The translations under genes were made by a program, and so were the position numbers. Positions 1-13,338 of a DNA stretch of 64,000 nucleotides are shown piece after piece. The notes under the pieces were generated by a model. That model searched no databases and was not told the DNA's origin. It was given only the letters and a program-made list of their open reading frames with translations. The DNA is from Macrostomum hystrix. Lineage: Eukaryota; Animalia; Platyhelminthes. Each line of letters starts with the position of its first letter. Within the stretch, counting starts at the first letter, position 1. The DNA is taken from positions 8,370,001 to 8,434,000 of the forward strand of contig CATNEN010000029.1 in assembly GCA_950097015.1 (NCBI GenBank), written 5' to 3'.

Positions 1-150
1 TGACAGCCTGAGGATCTGGACAAGTGTCCTGACAGTCTGAGGATCTGGAAGGATGTCCTGACAGCCTGAGGATCTGGAAGGATGTCCTGACAGCCTGAGG
101 ATCTGGAAGGATGTGTTCGCAGCCTGAGGATCTGGACAAGTGTCTTGACA
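1..150. repeat. Minisatellite, ~29-bp unit (tgacagcctgaggatctggaaggatgtcc), runs off the left edge; probably in an intron of the RNF gene
   Basis: About 5 visible copies with variants. Confidence 0.9.
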
Positions 151-837
151 GTCTGAGTCTATAACAATAAGTTTGAAAAGACTTCAGCCACCTGGCTATC
201 AGTAATTACACTGCTCAAAATCCGAACAAAACCCTCGCTGCAGTCCCGCAAGGTAGGCAGATGCAGTCGTGCTCTGTCGTGCTTAATTAGGCATCGAGAT
301 CCTTACCTTGAAGAGGCTGGGATTAAAGAAAAATATGAGAAAAATGGGTGAGAAGAAGATGAGCAGAGCCCCAGACAGATCAGACAACGACAAAACGTGA
401 AAGAGGGATAGAAAGACGGGGGAGCATTCACCTGGGAGGGCAGAAGCAGCAGGAAGGGAAAAACCGGCGGCGATGTGCGGCTTCTCATTCCAGACTGGCT
501 CAGTTTAGGTGGGTGGAGGGGTGCAGTCTCGGGACAGACTCGCGCTGCACTCTCATCTCATCTGGGCTGAGCTGAATCTGCCACACAGTTTCTCGTGTCG
601 CGTCGGCTGCAAAATCTATATTAAAAAAAATCACGGCTTAGCTACTGCGTGGCAACGGGGATCGGAGCTACGCGCGGGCGATGAGAAAGGCGAGAGCAGG
701 GAGGCAAGGACCGCGCCCTATTAATTAGAAAAATCAACTGACAGCCAGGTTGAGGCTAAAGAATTGAAAATGGTTTTGTTTTTGCGAATCTAAATAAAAA
801 CAGCATCAAAAATTTAAATTGGATTCGCAATTCTCAC

Positions 838-2321
838 CTTGTCGCCAGTTTTTAACACCTTAACTGGAATCTTTGTTAGGGCCTTCTTCGCCGCGGTGCC
901 AAGTCGACGCTGAAAGTACAGGCGGATAATAAGGGATGCGCTTTTATAGATTACTTGTAAAACAATAGAATGCTTTAAAAACAATGTAAGTTCAGACAGC
1001 TTGATCCATTTTGTTAAGTCATATCGATGAAAATATTTGTCCAGTTGAATTTGATAGAATACAGACAGGAACTGAGCATAAACACACAACACCCGAGATG
1101 AGGGTAGAGAACACTGCGTCGGCTTAGATAGGAAGACGGAAAACAAGGATGCAAGGATGCGTCGGAAAAATACTCCCCAAAGTTTATCCAAAGTTCATCC
1201 AACAGTTTCCCATATGGGACAACATCCACGAGATCAGGGGCCCACGTGATTTAAAATCAAAGTCATCATGTCCCAGATGTCAAAATCATACAAAAGTTTC
1301 TCAATTGCTTCGAATTAGAGATTAAACATACCATTAATGCACCCCTCCCCAAATCCCCCATTGATGTCCATTTGTCAAAGTGCGATTACAGTACAACACA
1401 GAAAGACTATCAAGGCACAGGAGAATGAAGAAATCGACTAACCGACAATCGCTCCTTTGCGTGCAGATAGCGGAACCGCTGTACGTAGTAGAAGATAAGC
1501 CAGGACAGACTAATAACCATCAGCAGGATGAACGACACGGACACAAACAGCACGGACGTCTTGTTGATAAGGCCGTCCGGTCCGATGGCCCGAAATGTGT
1601 AGCCAACGGTGCAGCTGCGATTCGGCTGCAACAGCTCGGACATCAGCTGGCGCGCCAAGTCAAGCTTCTCATACAGAGCCACAGGCAATGGCGGCGGCGG
1701 CGGTGGCAGCCCGAAGGTGGCAGCCGGTGGAGCAGCAGCGGCAGCAGCGGTGGCCGCAGCCGAGGCCTCCTCTTCAGCCTTGGCGCTGCCAGGCGGAGCA
1801 TTGTAGACAAGCAGCAGAGAGACGTGCGGCACTAGTCGGCGAACAGCTTCAATAGTGGCGCCGACGCCGCAGTCGCCGACGTCAGCGTAGACAACTAGAC
1901 AGTCGGCAGCTCTGGCGGCAGCGAGGGTGACTTCGGGCGTAATCAGGCGGGCGTGGTGGCAGTTGGACCTGCTGACTGACAACGGAAGCAGCACAGCTCC
2001 ATCGCCAGTGAGAGTGTGCGCCTCCGGCTGCTGTCGGCGCAGCCAGCTCATGCGGTCCGACGGCATCGGCTGCGGTGGCGTTGAAGAACGCGGTGGAGGC
2101 GGCGGCGGTGGATCGACATCGAAGGCGCGGCCCTGCGACAGGGCCGGGCTGCAGCTGAAGACGAGCTTGAATTCATCTTGCAGCTGGCGACTCCGCTGGT
2201 AGTGAGCGGCCGACATGAACTCCGGTCGCTGGGAGACTTCACTGCGGCCCAAGTGAGACTCGCCAAGAGCAGTCGGCAGCAACAATAACAGCATTGGGAT
2301 AAGGCAGGCAAAGGAGCGCAT
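838..2321 (-). CDS. Goliath/RNF130/RNF150-family PA-TM-RING E3 ubiquitin ligase, 5' part (exons 2321-1443 and 909-838); RING exon(s) not found, probably left of the window
   Basis: Signal peptide [22 protein letters not shown]-like region, then TM segment [42 protein letters not shown] phase-0 GT-AG intron joins it to [24 protein letters not shown]. These match the remembered goliath-family juxtamembrane motifs. Confidence 0.88.
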
Positions 2322-4339
2322 GTTGACCAGCTTGGTTAAAAATAGTTGATGGGCAAAGTTGCTGGAAAAGAAGCCGAAGTCGCTATTTAAAACTAAAAAC
2401 TACTACTTAAAATATCCAGCTTGCTTTTTTATATTTTATCTGTACATAATGCCCACAAAAAAGGATAGGTATATAAAATAAATTTACCATTTAAAAGCTT
2501 TAGGAAACAACAATACTTAGACATTTAGATTTCTATAGATGGTAAGTTATAGTCTATCATAGATTATTATATATATAGGACCTTAGTATGTAATAGTACA
2601 TTTTTTATTTAACAATTTTTTGCCTATCATTACATTGGCTGGTGAAAACTATAAACTACCATTCAAAAAGTAAACATCTTTTTAAAATGTCTAATTACAT
2701 AGATTAGGCAAGAGTCTTCTTTATAGAATTGAAAATTTCCAAAAAAATAAAAAAACGATGTAAAAAAATCTTCCTGTTTAATAGGTGGAACATTATAAGC
2801 AAAAATGTAATAAAATAGGAAATTATTTTTTTGTAAAGAACGAACCTTGTTCCTTTTATACAATCTTCAAGTTCCAGGCTCTGAGAATTGTTTTAATTAG
2901 CTTAATACTACTAGAATAAAGGTTCCTGCAGTGCAGCGCAGGTAGACCCAGACAGTAAGGCCTGTATATAATTTTATTTTTAATCACTGGATAAAACCTG
3001 ACTAGGTAGCTTTTATATCTCTTAAGCTAAAGTAAAAAGTAATAATAAGTTATTTAACAAATTATTACAAAACAGTCGACATGATTAATGGAACCAAACT
3101 CACAGTCTAACATTTACTTTAGGTCAATATAAAATATATTTATATCGATAAAAAAACTCAGACTTTTTGTAAGTCAAAACGGGTCTATTTCTAGCTACTG
3201 AAAATAACAAATAATTGTGACGTGACAAATTATTTTGCTATAAAAACGACAGAATTAAACTTAGTTTACTATTCTTTTTACTCAGTTTCTTTCAGAAACA
3301 TTAAAAAACAATATTATTTTCGTCCTTACGCCAGACTTTTTGTTATCACGCCCAGTGCATGGGATTTGTCAGTTGTAGATGTAAAATATATGTAAAAGAG
3401 AATAATATTAGTACATTAAATCACTGATGAGTAAGCAGTTTTTTCTCATGAGTACTGAATGTAAAATTAATTACATCTTCTGGAAAACGTTAGGCATTTT
3501 TACTTCGCAACATGCATTGGCAAGACAGGCAAGTTGTTTTTCGAAAGAAAAGGTTGCTGTTTTTTTGCATCGCTAACTGTATACAATGATGTTATTCTAA
3601 TTTGGATTGTTACATCCTATTCTGTTATTTGTCCCATTGTTGCGTCATGATGTTTTTTAGATATTTTGTATTTTGATAAAGTTGCCAGTAACCATGTCAG
3701 CAAGTTCCCCTTATTCAACTGTTTTAAGTCACGCTTTCTTTTTCTATTATGGTCTTTATTCATATTTCACGTCGTAATTTGATAACTTACGTCGGTTAGC
3801 ATGTCTCATTTTCTGCTAACAAAGATGTGCTAAAAGCTCTAAAAGCTATATCTCTAAACGTAATTATAGCGATTCCCAGCAGTATCTAGAGTTCGTCTTT
3901 ACATGTATTGTGCAAGCTTAATTGCAGATTTACACAAGATGCATTAAAACTGACTCAAGACTGTATTAAAGAATGGCAGAGTAGTTTAATTATTTTTCTT
4001 TATGTTATGAATAACAAACAACAAAAATGCCAAGATGGCAGCAAAAAAGGTGTGATGCGCAAGTTAATAAATCTGGTAAAAAAGCTGAAACAAAAAATGC
4101 GACGCAAGTAAACAGAGTGGGCACCCCAAAATAAGCTAGACCGAAGACAGGAAAGCACAATAACAAAAAATACTTAAACTCGTACTTTGGAGTTACGATT
4201 AGCATTATGCGATTCCGGCATTGACTTTAAAAGCTTTTCTTGTTTCAAAAATGGGACTAACATTAAAGTGGCAATACAACAGATGCAGTTACTGATTAGC
4301 TACCAATCAACAAAAAATTACGAAAAACATTTTTGTTTT

Positions 4340-4420
4340 TAGAGCGTCGGATTCACGACTTGAAGGTCCGGGGTTCGACTCCCGAATAACAGATGGATTG
4401 GGTATGTTCTTGGGGGAAAC
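4340..4420 (+). mobile_element. tRNA-derived SINE family 1, head fragment
   Basis: agagcgtcggattcacgacttgaaggtccggggttcgactcc is nearly identical to the head of the copy at 32158-32377 and has a Pol III B-box (GGTTCGACTCC). Confidence 0.7.
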
Positions 4421-4490
4421 AGGTTGGAAAAATACTAGCGCATCAGAAACAACAATTAGAATTCTATTTCAGTTGAAAATCTGTAAATAT

Positions 4491-7400
4491 CTACGATGCA
4501 CCAGGCGTTTCAGCAGCTTCGGCCGCTGCAGCGTCGTCTGGCGCGATGTCAGCGATGCCGTCATTCACTCTGGGCTGCGGCGGCGCACCTTCTTCGTCAT
4601 TATCGTTGTCCTCCTCGGCGTCCTCCGAGGCCATCAGGAACTCGCACAGGGCGGCGCGCAGGCCGACGGGACAACAGTTGCAGACAGAGCGAGCCGTGCG
4701 AATCAGGCGGCCTAGGCGGCCGAGCTGCGCCACGGAGGCGGGCGACATCGATTCGCAGCCGGGATGACAGACGCAGCGGAACGGCTGACGCCAAGATTCC
4801 AGGCGGAGGCGGACACGGTGAGACTGGCGGGTGAGCGATGAAGGCAGGCCTTCATTATTTCAATGCGATAGTCTTACAATCAGAACATTTCTGATTGAAA
4901 ATATAGAAAAGTTTTTCAACGGTTATTTCCGCTTCTTGACTACCCAACAGTGTTTCAATGGTCGCTGCCATCTTCTTGACTACCCAACAGTGTTTCAATG
5001 GTCGCTGCCATCTTCTTGACTACCCAACAGTGTTTCAATGGTCGCTGCCATCTTCTTGACTACCCAACAGTGTTTCAATGGTCACTGCCATCTTCTTGAC
5101 TACCCAACAGTGTTTCAATGGTCGCTGCCATCTTCTTGACTACCCAACAGTGTTTCCATGGTCAATGCCATCTTCTTGACTACCCAACAGTGTTTCAATG
5201 GTCACTGCCATTTTCTTGACTACCCAACAGTGTTTCAATGGTCGCTGCCATCTTCTTGACTACCCAACAGTGTTTCAATGGTCGCTGCCATCTTCTTGAC
5301 TACCCAACAGTGTTTCCATGGTCGCTGCCATCTTCTTGACTACCCAACAGTGTTTCAATGGTCACTGCCATCTTCTTGACTACCCAACAGTGTTTCAATG
5401 GTCACTGCCATCTTCTTGACTACCCAACAGTGTTTCCATGGTCACTGCCATCTACTTGACTACCCAACAGTGTTTCAATGGTCGCTGCCATCTTCTTGAC
5501 TACCCAACAGTGTTTCAATGGTCGCTGCCATCTTCTTGACTACCCGACAGTGTTTCCATGGTCGCTGCCATCTTCTTGACTACCCAACAGTGTTTCAATG
5601 GTCGCTGCCATCTTCTTGACTACCCAACAGTGTTTCCATGGTCGCTGCCATCTTCTTGACTACCCAACAGTGTTTCAATGGTCGCTGCCATCTTCTTGAC
5701 TACCCAACAGTGTTTCAATGGTCAATGCCATCTTCTTGACTACCCAACAGTGTTTCAATGGTCACTGCCATCTTCTTGACTACCCAACAGTGTTTCAATG
5801 GTCACTGCCATCTTCTTGACTACCCAACAGTGTTTCAATGGTCACTGCCATCTTCTTGACTACCCAACAGTGTTTCAATGGTCACTGCCATCTTCTTGAC
5901 TACCCAACAGTGTTTCCATGGTCGCTGCCATCTTCTTGACTACCCAACAGTGTTTCCATGGTCGCTGCCATCTTCTTGACTACCCAACAGTGTTTCAATG
6001 GTCGCTGCCATCTTCTTGACTACCCAACAGTGTTTCCATGGTCGCTGCCATCTTCTTGACTACCCAACAGTGTTTCAATGGTCGCTGCCATCTTCTTGAC
6101 TACCCAACAGTGTTTCAATGGTCAATGCCATCTTCTTGACTACCCAACAGTGTTTCAATGGTCACTGCCATCTTCTTGACTACCCAACAGTGTTTCAATG
6201 GTCACTGCCATCTTCTTGACTACCCAACAGTGTTTCAATGGTCACTGCCATCTTCTTGACTACCCAACAGTGTTTCAATGGTCACTGCCATCTTCTTGAC
6301 TACCCAACAGTGTTTCCATGGTCGCTGCCATCTTCTTGACTACCCAACAGTGTTTCAATGGTCACTGCCATCTTCTTGACTACCCAACAGTGTTTCCATG
6401 GTCACTGCCATCTACTTGACTACCCAACAGTGTTTCAATGGTCGCTGCCATCTTCTTGACTACCCAACAGTGTTTCCATGGTCGCTGCCATCTTCTTGAC
6501 TACCCAACAGTGTTTCAATGGTCACTGCCATCTTCTTGACTACCCAACAGTGTTTCCATGGTCACTGCCATCTTCTTGACTACCCAACAGTGTTTGAATG
6601 GTCGCTGCCATCTTCTTGACTACCCAACAGTGTTTCAATGGTCGCTGCCATCTTCTTGACTACCCAACAGTGTTTCCATGGTCGCTGCCATCTTCTTGAC
6701 TACCCAACAGTGTTTCCATGGTCAATGCCATCTTCTTGACTACCCAACAGTGTTTCCATGGTCAATGCCATCTTCTTGACTACCCAACAGTGTTTCCATG
6801 GTCAATGCCATCTTCTTGACTACCCAACAGTGTTTCCATGGTCGCTGCCATCTTCTTGACTACCCAACAGTGTTTCCATGGTCGCTGCCATCTTCTTGAC
6901 TACCCAACAGTGTTTCAATGGTCGCTGCCATCTTCTTGACTACCCAACAGTGTTTCCATGGTCAATGCCATCTTCTTGACTACCCAACAGTGTTTCCATG
7001 GTCAATGCCATCTTCTTGACTACCCAACAGTGTTTCCATGGTCAATGCCATCTTCTTGACTACCCAACAGTGTTTCCATGGTCGCTGCCATCTTCTTGAC
7101 TACCCAACAGTGTTTCCATGGTCGCTGCCATCTTCTTGACTACCCAACAGTGTTTCAATGGTCGCTGCCATCTTCTTGACTACCCAACAGTGTTTCCATG
7201 GTCAATGCCATCTTCTTGACTACCCAACAGTGTTTCCATGGTCAATGCCATCTTCTTGACTACCCAACAGTGTTTCCATGGTCAATGCCATCTTCTTGAC
7301 TACCCAACAGTGTTTCCATGGTCGCTGCCATCTTCTTGATCCCGCAGTCCGCCATAATGAACACCAACCTGGTGGGAGGAACGCCGGGTGCGCCAGGGCA

Positions 7401-8620
7401 GGATATTGTGGCAGGGGAACACGAACGGCCGCATGTAGCACAAGTCATCCATGCGGCACAATGTAAAGTAGGCCTTCTCAATTGGGCACAGTTCAGCCAG
7501 CTGCCGGGGAGATTTTTCAGCCATAGAGCGCAAAGCGGCCAGAGTGCGGGCGCAGTCGATGGTTCGGTCGAATCGCAGGACGCAGTAGCCCAGGTTGCCG
7601 CGGCCGGTGGATTCGGTGGCGCCAAAGTCTGACGCTGTCGGAGCGAAGACGCTGCGAATCTAAAATTTGAAAGTAAAATAAATTAACTATGAAATCAATG
7701 CGAGCAACCATTTGACGAAGGTACTCGTAGTGGCCTAGCGTTCCTAGATGACATAACTGAAGGGCTAGATTAATAGGCAGATATGGGCGAGGCCATTTTC
7801 AGTCATAAATCAGTCATATATCTGTCATTTTATGGGCCCAAATTCGAACTTCGGACCTTTCAGCTAGGAGTCCGAGGCTCTAACTACTGTGCTACGAGTT
7901 TAACACTGGTAGTGACCAAAATTGAAAGACTCAAAAAGTGACAAAAGCCAACAAACCAACCTGCGAGAAGCGTCCCAGAAACCGCCTAGCAATATCCGCT
8001 GAAGTTAGACTGGCGTGAATATTCCAAACCAGAATAAACTGACACCTGGCCGAGCAGGCGTCAGGCACCGGGCAGAACGGAGCCAGCCCCGGCCTCAGGC
8101 CAGCCAGACGGAGGCTTTCATCGCCCCATTTCTTTAGGCGCAGCTGCGGACTGCCGGGCAGGCTATGGGCCAGCCTCTCTGTGCCAGCCTCGGCCCAGCG
8201 CCTTGACACGGACACTGGCAGGCGTAGTATAGCCAGGCGGCTAGATCCACTGGCGTGCCTAGTCAGGTACAGATTGGCTGTCAGTTTATTGGTGAATGTG
8301 ACCCTAATGGCGTCCAACAGAGCGGCGGCGTCCATTTCGATTGGTAGGCCGAGCAGTCGCCAGCTGCGGAGAGCCGATTGCGGCCGGCACAGGCACCACT
8401 GCACATCGGCCGCATTATTCGATTCAGCAGATTCTGACCGGTCGAAATCCCTATAGTCATGGTCTAGAGCGTTCAATAGTTCAGCGTTATCGTAGCGACT
8501 AACCGGACCGGTCACAGACGAATCCGGCGATGATAGCCAGGCTGCAGTGACCTCAACTGGGACCACTTCTTCGCTAGTCTTTAGTAGGTCGGACAGATGC
8601 CTGCGATGGTATGGGGCCAT
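4491..8620 (-). CDS. RRM + Cys/His-module protein, paralogue A (~427 aa; exons 8620-7961, 7659-7369, 4823-4491)
   Basis: All three exons join in phase 0 with GT-AG sites. The splice reconstitutes an RRM (FILVWNI...RFSQ|IRSVFAP...NLGYCVLRF) and the motif PFVFPCHNILPW...|...PFRCVCHPGC, which aligns with paralogues B and C. Acidic C-terminal tail. Confidence 0.8.
4932..7338. repeat. 40-bp minisatellite, ~60 copies, filling intron 2 of paralogue A
   Basis: Unit tcttcttgactacccaacagtgtttc(a/c)atggtc(gc/ac/aa)tgcca with exact 40-bp phase throughout. Confidence 0.98.
7838..7895 (-). mobile_element. Degenerate tRNA-like SINE head in intron 1 of paralogue A
   Basis: Minus strand gtagcacagtagttagagcctcggactcctagctgaaaggtccgaagttcgaat shows an A-box/B-box layout similar to SINE family 1. 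Confidence 0.55.
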
Positions 8621-8709
8621 TGTGTTTACTTTTGATAGTCGATATTTTTATCTCGATTGTCTATTTAACCCAAGTCAAATATGCGCAGCTTTTGGATTCG
8701 CCCGGCAGC

Positions 8710-8810
8710 TACCATTGGTCACACTGTAGGACGAAATAGCTATCACGTGACAGCGCTGAGCCAATAGCTACCGCTCGTATATGTGCCACATCATAACCAG
8801 CCAATAAAAG
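8710..8810 (-). promoter_or_regulatory. Possible proximal promoter of paralogue A (CCAAT boxes, TCACGTGA E-box)
   Basis: CCAAT/ATTGG at about 8713, 8761 and 8801, and palindromic TCACGTGA at about 8743, 90-190 bp upstream of the ATG. These are short motifs and could occur by chance. Confidence 0.3.
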
Positions 8811-8879
8811 GGCCGCGTGATTCTCATGGTCATCCTTCATTGTTTAATTTGTTCGTAGAAAAGAACAGTCTTGCAATTT

Positions 8880-9150
8880 TTGGGTTTGAGACGCAATATG
8901 CACATCATATGGCACCATTTCGCTGCATCCTGAGCACACGCACACATACTGTACGCAGACACACGCTGACACAAGTGTGTACAAACTGTGCCTTGGAGGT
9001 TGGCCCTCGAGGCCGTAAATTGCACGAAAAACACTAAGCCTTCTCTCCGCGACTGCGCCCTAAATAAATTAAATGTGGCCTCGCCGCGTAGTCGAGATTG
9101 GGGACCTTGGTGCGAGAGGCAAATGCGGTAGACCGCTCCGCCACTCACCA
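8880..9150 (-). mobile_element. tRNA-derived SINE family 2 copy
   Basis: Reverse complement matches the copies at 38282 and 56915 (head ggtgagtggcggagcggt...gcctctcgcaccaaggtccc; body gtacacacttgtgtcagcgtgtgtctgcgtacagtatgtgtgcgtgtgctcagga). Confidence 0.8.
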
Positions 9151-9334
9151 CTAATTAACTAACTAACACCACTAATCTTTAGGGTATTAAGTTACACAGC
9201 AGTAAATTTCATCACCTGTACAAATCTTTATATATTATATTTCCTCCTAAGGCTCCATACAGCAGATCAGTCTGTAAACTGTGGGGGAGGCGGCCGCTAA
9301 AATTTCAACCCCAGTTAGAAATAGAACAGAGGCA

Positions 9335-9410
9335 ATAGGAATCGTTTCCCTGGGACTGAGATTCGAACCCCTGACCTTTGTGTTATATAATTCTAAAGCT
9401 TCAACCGCAG
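9335..9410 (-). mobile_element. Degenerate tRNA-like SINE head fragment
   Basis: Minus strand gcggttgaagctttagaattatataacacaaaggtcaggggttcgaatctcag has a B-box GGTTCGAAT and resembles family 1. Confidence 0.45.
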
Positions 9411-9412
9411 GA

Positions 9413-12278
9413 CTACAAGCAGCGACCAGACCTGAGCGCTTGAACCGAGTCACCAACTACAGGCAGTTCTTGTCGAAGCCGGGTCGCTAACCAGTCGAAC
9501 ATCCCACCAGCCGGCGCCGACGGCACAGCCGCAGGATGGCAGGGGCACATGAACGGCGATCCGGATCCGCAGAAGTCGATCTGGACGTCCAACGGATTCT
9601 CGCTGTGCTGATTGGCGTCAGTTAACCAGGGCAGTAAGTTGTGACAAGGGAATGTGAACATCGGTGTCACCTGCCAGGCCTCCTGACAGGAGTGGATTCA
9701 AACAGTGGCGCGAGCGAACGCGTGTTAAAGAGATTTAGATTGAAGAAAATCCTATTTGCAAGATTTGCAATCCACGAGTAAAGCTTAATTCCAACTATGT
9801 ACTGGCCATCTGGCCGATCGACTTCGTTTAATTATAATTATCACCATTGACCACTTTTTAAGCACCACGATTGACATTTTAGCGTTCCGCTTACCTGCAA
9901 GTGGGCAAAAGTGAATCGCACCAATGACCAGTGGAAGATAGCAACTAGAATTTGACAGGCTGCCGCCTTCAGCACTCCCATAGCGTGCTGACAGTCAGTA
10001 GACTTATCAAATCGGGCAATAAGAAAGCCACAATTGCGATATTGTAAATCGCTGCCGGCAATCGCAGGCGACAATCGTGGACAGTAGAAACTGCGCACCA
10101 TTGGTAAAAATCTATGAGCCCGATGTACAATAGTATTGGGCTCCATATTCAACGGCAGATTCCATATCATCAGGAACACCTGAATGATAAGCAAATGTGT
10201 AAGGCACTTTGGTGAAAAGATTATCGTGGGTTTGTTTCATAAAAAACAGACCCAAACGTAGCCCTTTACCGGTTGAAATTCTGGGCCGGCAGTTGTAATA
10301 AGAGGCAGGAAGCTGCAACCGAAACTGTCGGGCGATCTACTAGCGTAGCCATCGGCTTCAAAAGTCTCCGGGCGCACAATTGTAATCTTCACTGGTCGCT
10401 TTTCGCGATCCAGCAGGTTCTGGCACCGATAGAATTCAATTAAACTAGGGGCGGCCGCCTCGATGGCTTCAACAGTGGCGGCCGGGTCCAAGACGCACAG
10501 TATAACTTTGCCCCATTCGGGCTCAACAGATAGTATAGTATAGGCGGTCAGGATTAGTGGGGACAGGCGGTGAATTGTCAGACAGGCTAGCTGCTCCGAG
10601 TCGGCGCTTAGTCGCAGGCCGACAATACGCAAGTACGGCTGCTGCAGTGGGGTGAGTCGGCATTGATTGATTACTAAACCATTGATTATGCGGCGAGTGT
10701 GGACTAAATAGAATAAGAAACTGTGATGTCAATACAGGCAGAGAATCGGAGTGACAGCAGAGAAGCTGGAGTGCCACTATAGCAACTTGAGTGCCACTAT
10801 AGCAGCTGGAGTGCCACTATAGCAGCTGGAGTGCCACTATAGCAGCTGGAGTGCCACTATAGCAGCTGGAGTGCCACTATAGCAGCTGGAGTGCCACTAT
10901 AGCAGCTGGAGTGCCACTATAGCAGCTGGAGTGCCACTATAGCAGCTGGAGTGCCACTATAGCAGCTGGAGTGCCACTATAGCAGCTGGAGTGCCACTAT
11001 AGCAGCTGGAGTGCCACTATAGCAGCTGGAGTGCCACTATAGCAGCTGGAGTGCCACTATAGCAGCTGGAGTGCCACTATAGCAGCTGGAGTGCCACTAT
11101 AGCAGCTGGAGTGCCACTATAGCAGCTGGAGTGCCATTATAGCAGCTGGAGTGCCACTATAGCAGCTGGAGTGCCATTATAGCAGCTGGAGTGCCATTAT
11201 AGCAGCTGGAGTGCCATTATAGCAGCTGGAGTGCCACTATAGCAGCTGGAGTGCCACTATAGCAGCTGGAGTGCCACTATAGCAGCTGGAGTGCCACTAT
11301 AGCAGCTGGAGTGCCACTATAGCAGCTGGAGTGCCATTATAGCAGCTGGAGTGCCATTATAGCAGCTGGAGTGCCAAAATAGAACTCAGGAGAGACTGGA
11401 ATGCCTGTGGTAAGATGATGAAGCCAATAGAACTGGACAGCTTCGGACAATTGTAAGCCGAATATAAGCTAAATATACGTTTGTTCAGTTGGATTTACCT
11501 GACCAGGAGTCACCTGCCACAGCGGCTGATCTATTGGGATCGACAAGCAAGGCCGCTTACTAAGGACTGTCACCGTATCTTTCTCTGCGTCATCTTCTTT
11601 CTTATTGGTTACTTGATGCTGATTCTGTTGCTTCTGTACAAGTGGGGCGCTTAAAGGCAAAAGCGTTGCCGCGGTCACCGCCCAGAGGTCGTAGGCTCGC
11701 GCCCCGGCCTCGGCTAGACGACCAGCTAGTCGAATCCGATCTGCGCCAGGCGACAACAAGGTCAGAGCGGTCGCCGAAGCGACATTCGCTAGATTCGCTG
11801 TCGGCGGCGGCAGCGGCGCCAAATCGGCAACATCGGCGGATGGCCAACAGTCGGCCAGTCGCATAGCGTCTGGATCGTCCCAAATGGCCAGCAGTAGGCC
11901 GATCTCATCAAGAGCCCCTGCCGGCGGCTGGCTCATTGACTCACCAGTGTGCAGGTAGAGCCGACAGGCGCCAGGACCCAACTCGGCTAAGACAGCCGGC
12001 CATTGTTCGGACTGCAAAGAGTCGAATAGCAGCACAGTATGGCCCCCAAGCTTAGTCGAATATCTCACGTACTGCCTGTAGGTGGTCCCGGTGCTATCTA
12101 CCGGACAACCGTCTTGCAGTAGCACGAAGTCGGATAATATTGTAATAGTATTTTCCTCACTTTCTGGACTGTTATCAGCTTCTTCTGTAAGATTCGAAGA
12201 ATTACCACCGCTTATATCCTCGGTGGACACATTGACAGCGGTCTGATTCTCTTTATTATTGTTTGTGTCTGCCTGCAT
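9413..12278 (-). CDS. RRM + Cys/His-module protein, paralogue B (~568 aa; exons 12278-11499, 10641-10270, 10179-9895, 9682-9413)
   Basis: Four phase-0 GT-AG joins. The spliced junction WQVTPGQ|QPYLRIVG aligns gap-free with WYISSGLETYYVVSG in C. RRM FLMIWNLP...YRNCGFLIARF; motif PMFTFPCHNLLPW...SPFMCPCHP. Confidence 0.8.
10760..11375. repeat. 20-bp minisatellite, ~31 copies, in intron 1 of paralogue B
   Basis: Unit agcagctggagtgcca(c/t)tat. Confidence 0.98.
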
Positions 12279-13338
12279 ACCACGCGTTATCTGTTTGTTC
12301 TTTGAAACCTAAGAATATGTTGGGGCTGCAAATTGAAAAGGTGTGGAATAGTTTAGCAATGATGTTGTTTTTCAACATCGAAACATGAAGCAATTTAAAA
12401 AGCTACCTACTTAGTTTATGCTTAGTATATTTTTTCTCGGAAGACATTCGAGTTTTTGACCCTCTCAACCGTCTTCACAAAAAACTTCTCTGGCCACTTC
12501 TTAGAAAATTAATTGATTTATGAAATAATACAATTGCTCAATTCGACACAGCAGGCTCTACTGTCATTTTAACCAAATCTAACTAATAGACTCTAAAATA
12601 TACTTTACTCTACTCTGTAGTCAGTATAATGTCGTACAAGGCGTACTGTGTAATCTACTTTATTATGCTCTTCTAGTATGCGAAAATAGGAACACAAAGA
12701 CTGCACTTTAACAATATCCTTTTAAGTTCACAAGAGATTAACAAACGCATTTGCTGTCAGTAAAACAAGTTTACTAAAAAATTATGCGCCCATAAAAATT
12801 ATGTTTAATGGTATTAGATTACAATTAACAGCGCATGACAATTCACATTCCAAAAAACTGTTCAAATTTTAATCGCGCATTTGATAGCAAACAGCGGGAA
12901 AAACATGCTGGTACAAAATCGATGAAAAAATGGAACGAATGTTTGTCTTTGAACAACAAAATCGCTAATAAACACCAAGGCAATTCAGAAAACTGCAAAT
13001 TTATTATAAGGTATGCAGCAGAAAGACTGCCAGCTATTATACATTTAAACTAATTTATAGATGTATCTTATTATGATTGTAACACTTTCTGCAATTGAAA
13101 ATGTTGATTTTTATGCTCGTATATATATATATGACTTCTAGATTGCAGATCTAAAATGAATGCTTTAATTTTGAATGGAAATTCTAAAATTTATTTGTTG
13201 GTTTGTTTTCTCTCCGTTTTACTAATGCCAGTTTAGGTGGAAAATTTTTAAGATTGTGTCACAATATAACCGACAAATCAGTCAATAATTAAACTTAGTA
13301 ATGAAACAATGCATAAACCGGGAAAATCATGAAAGAGA

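Noticed and set aside
181-780. RING-finger exon of the RNF gene
   Set aside because: No C-x2-C...C-x-H pattern found on the minus strand; presumed to lie left of position 1
1380-2311. Plus-strand and alternate-frame ORFs over the RNF exon; similar shadows over genes A-C, the cadherin and C7orf57
   Set aside because: Antisense or shifted-frame shadows of GC-rich real exons, with no independent motifs
4932-7338. CRISPR-like array
   Set aside because: Units are contiguous with no unique spacers, there are no cas genes, and the context is a eukaryotic intron. The same applies to all other arrays.
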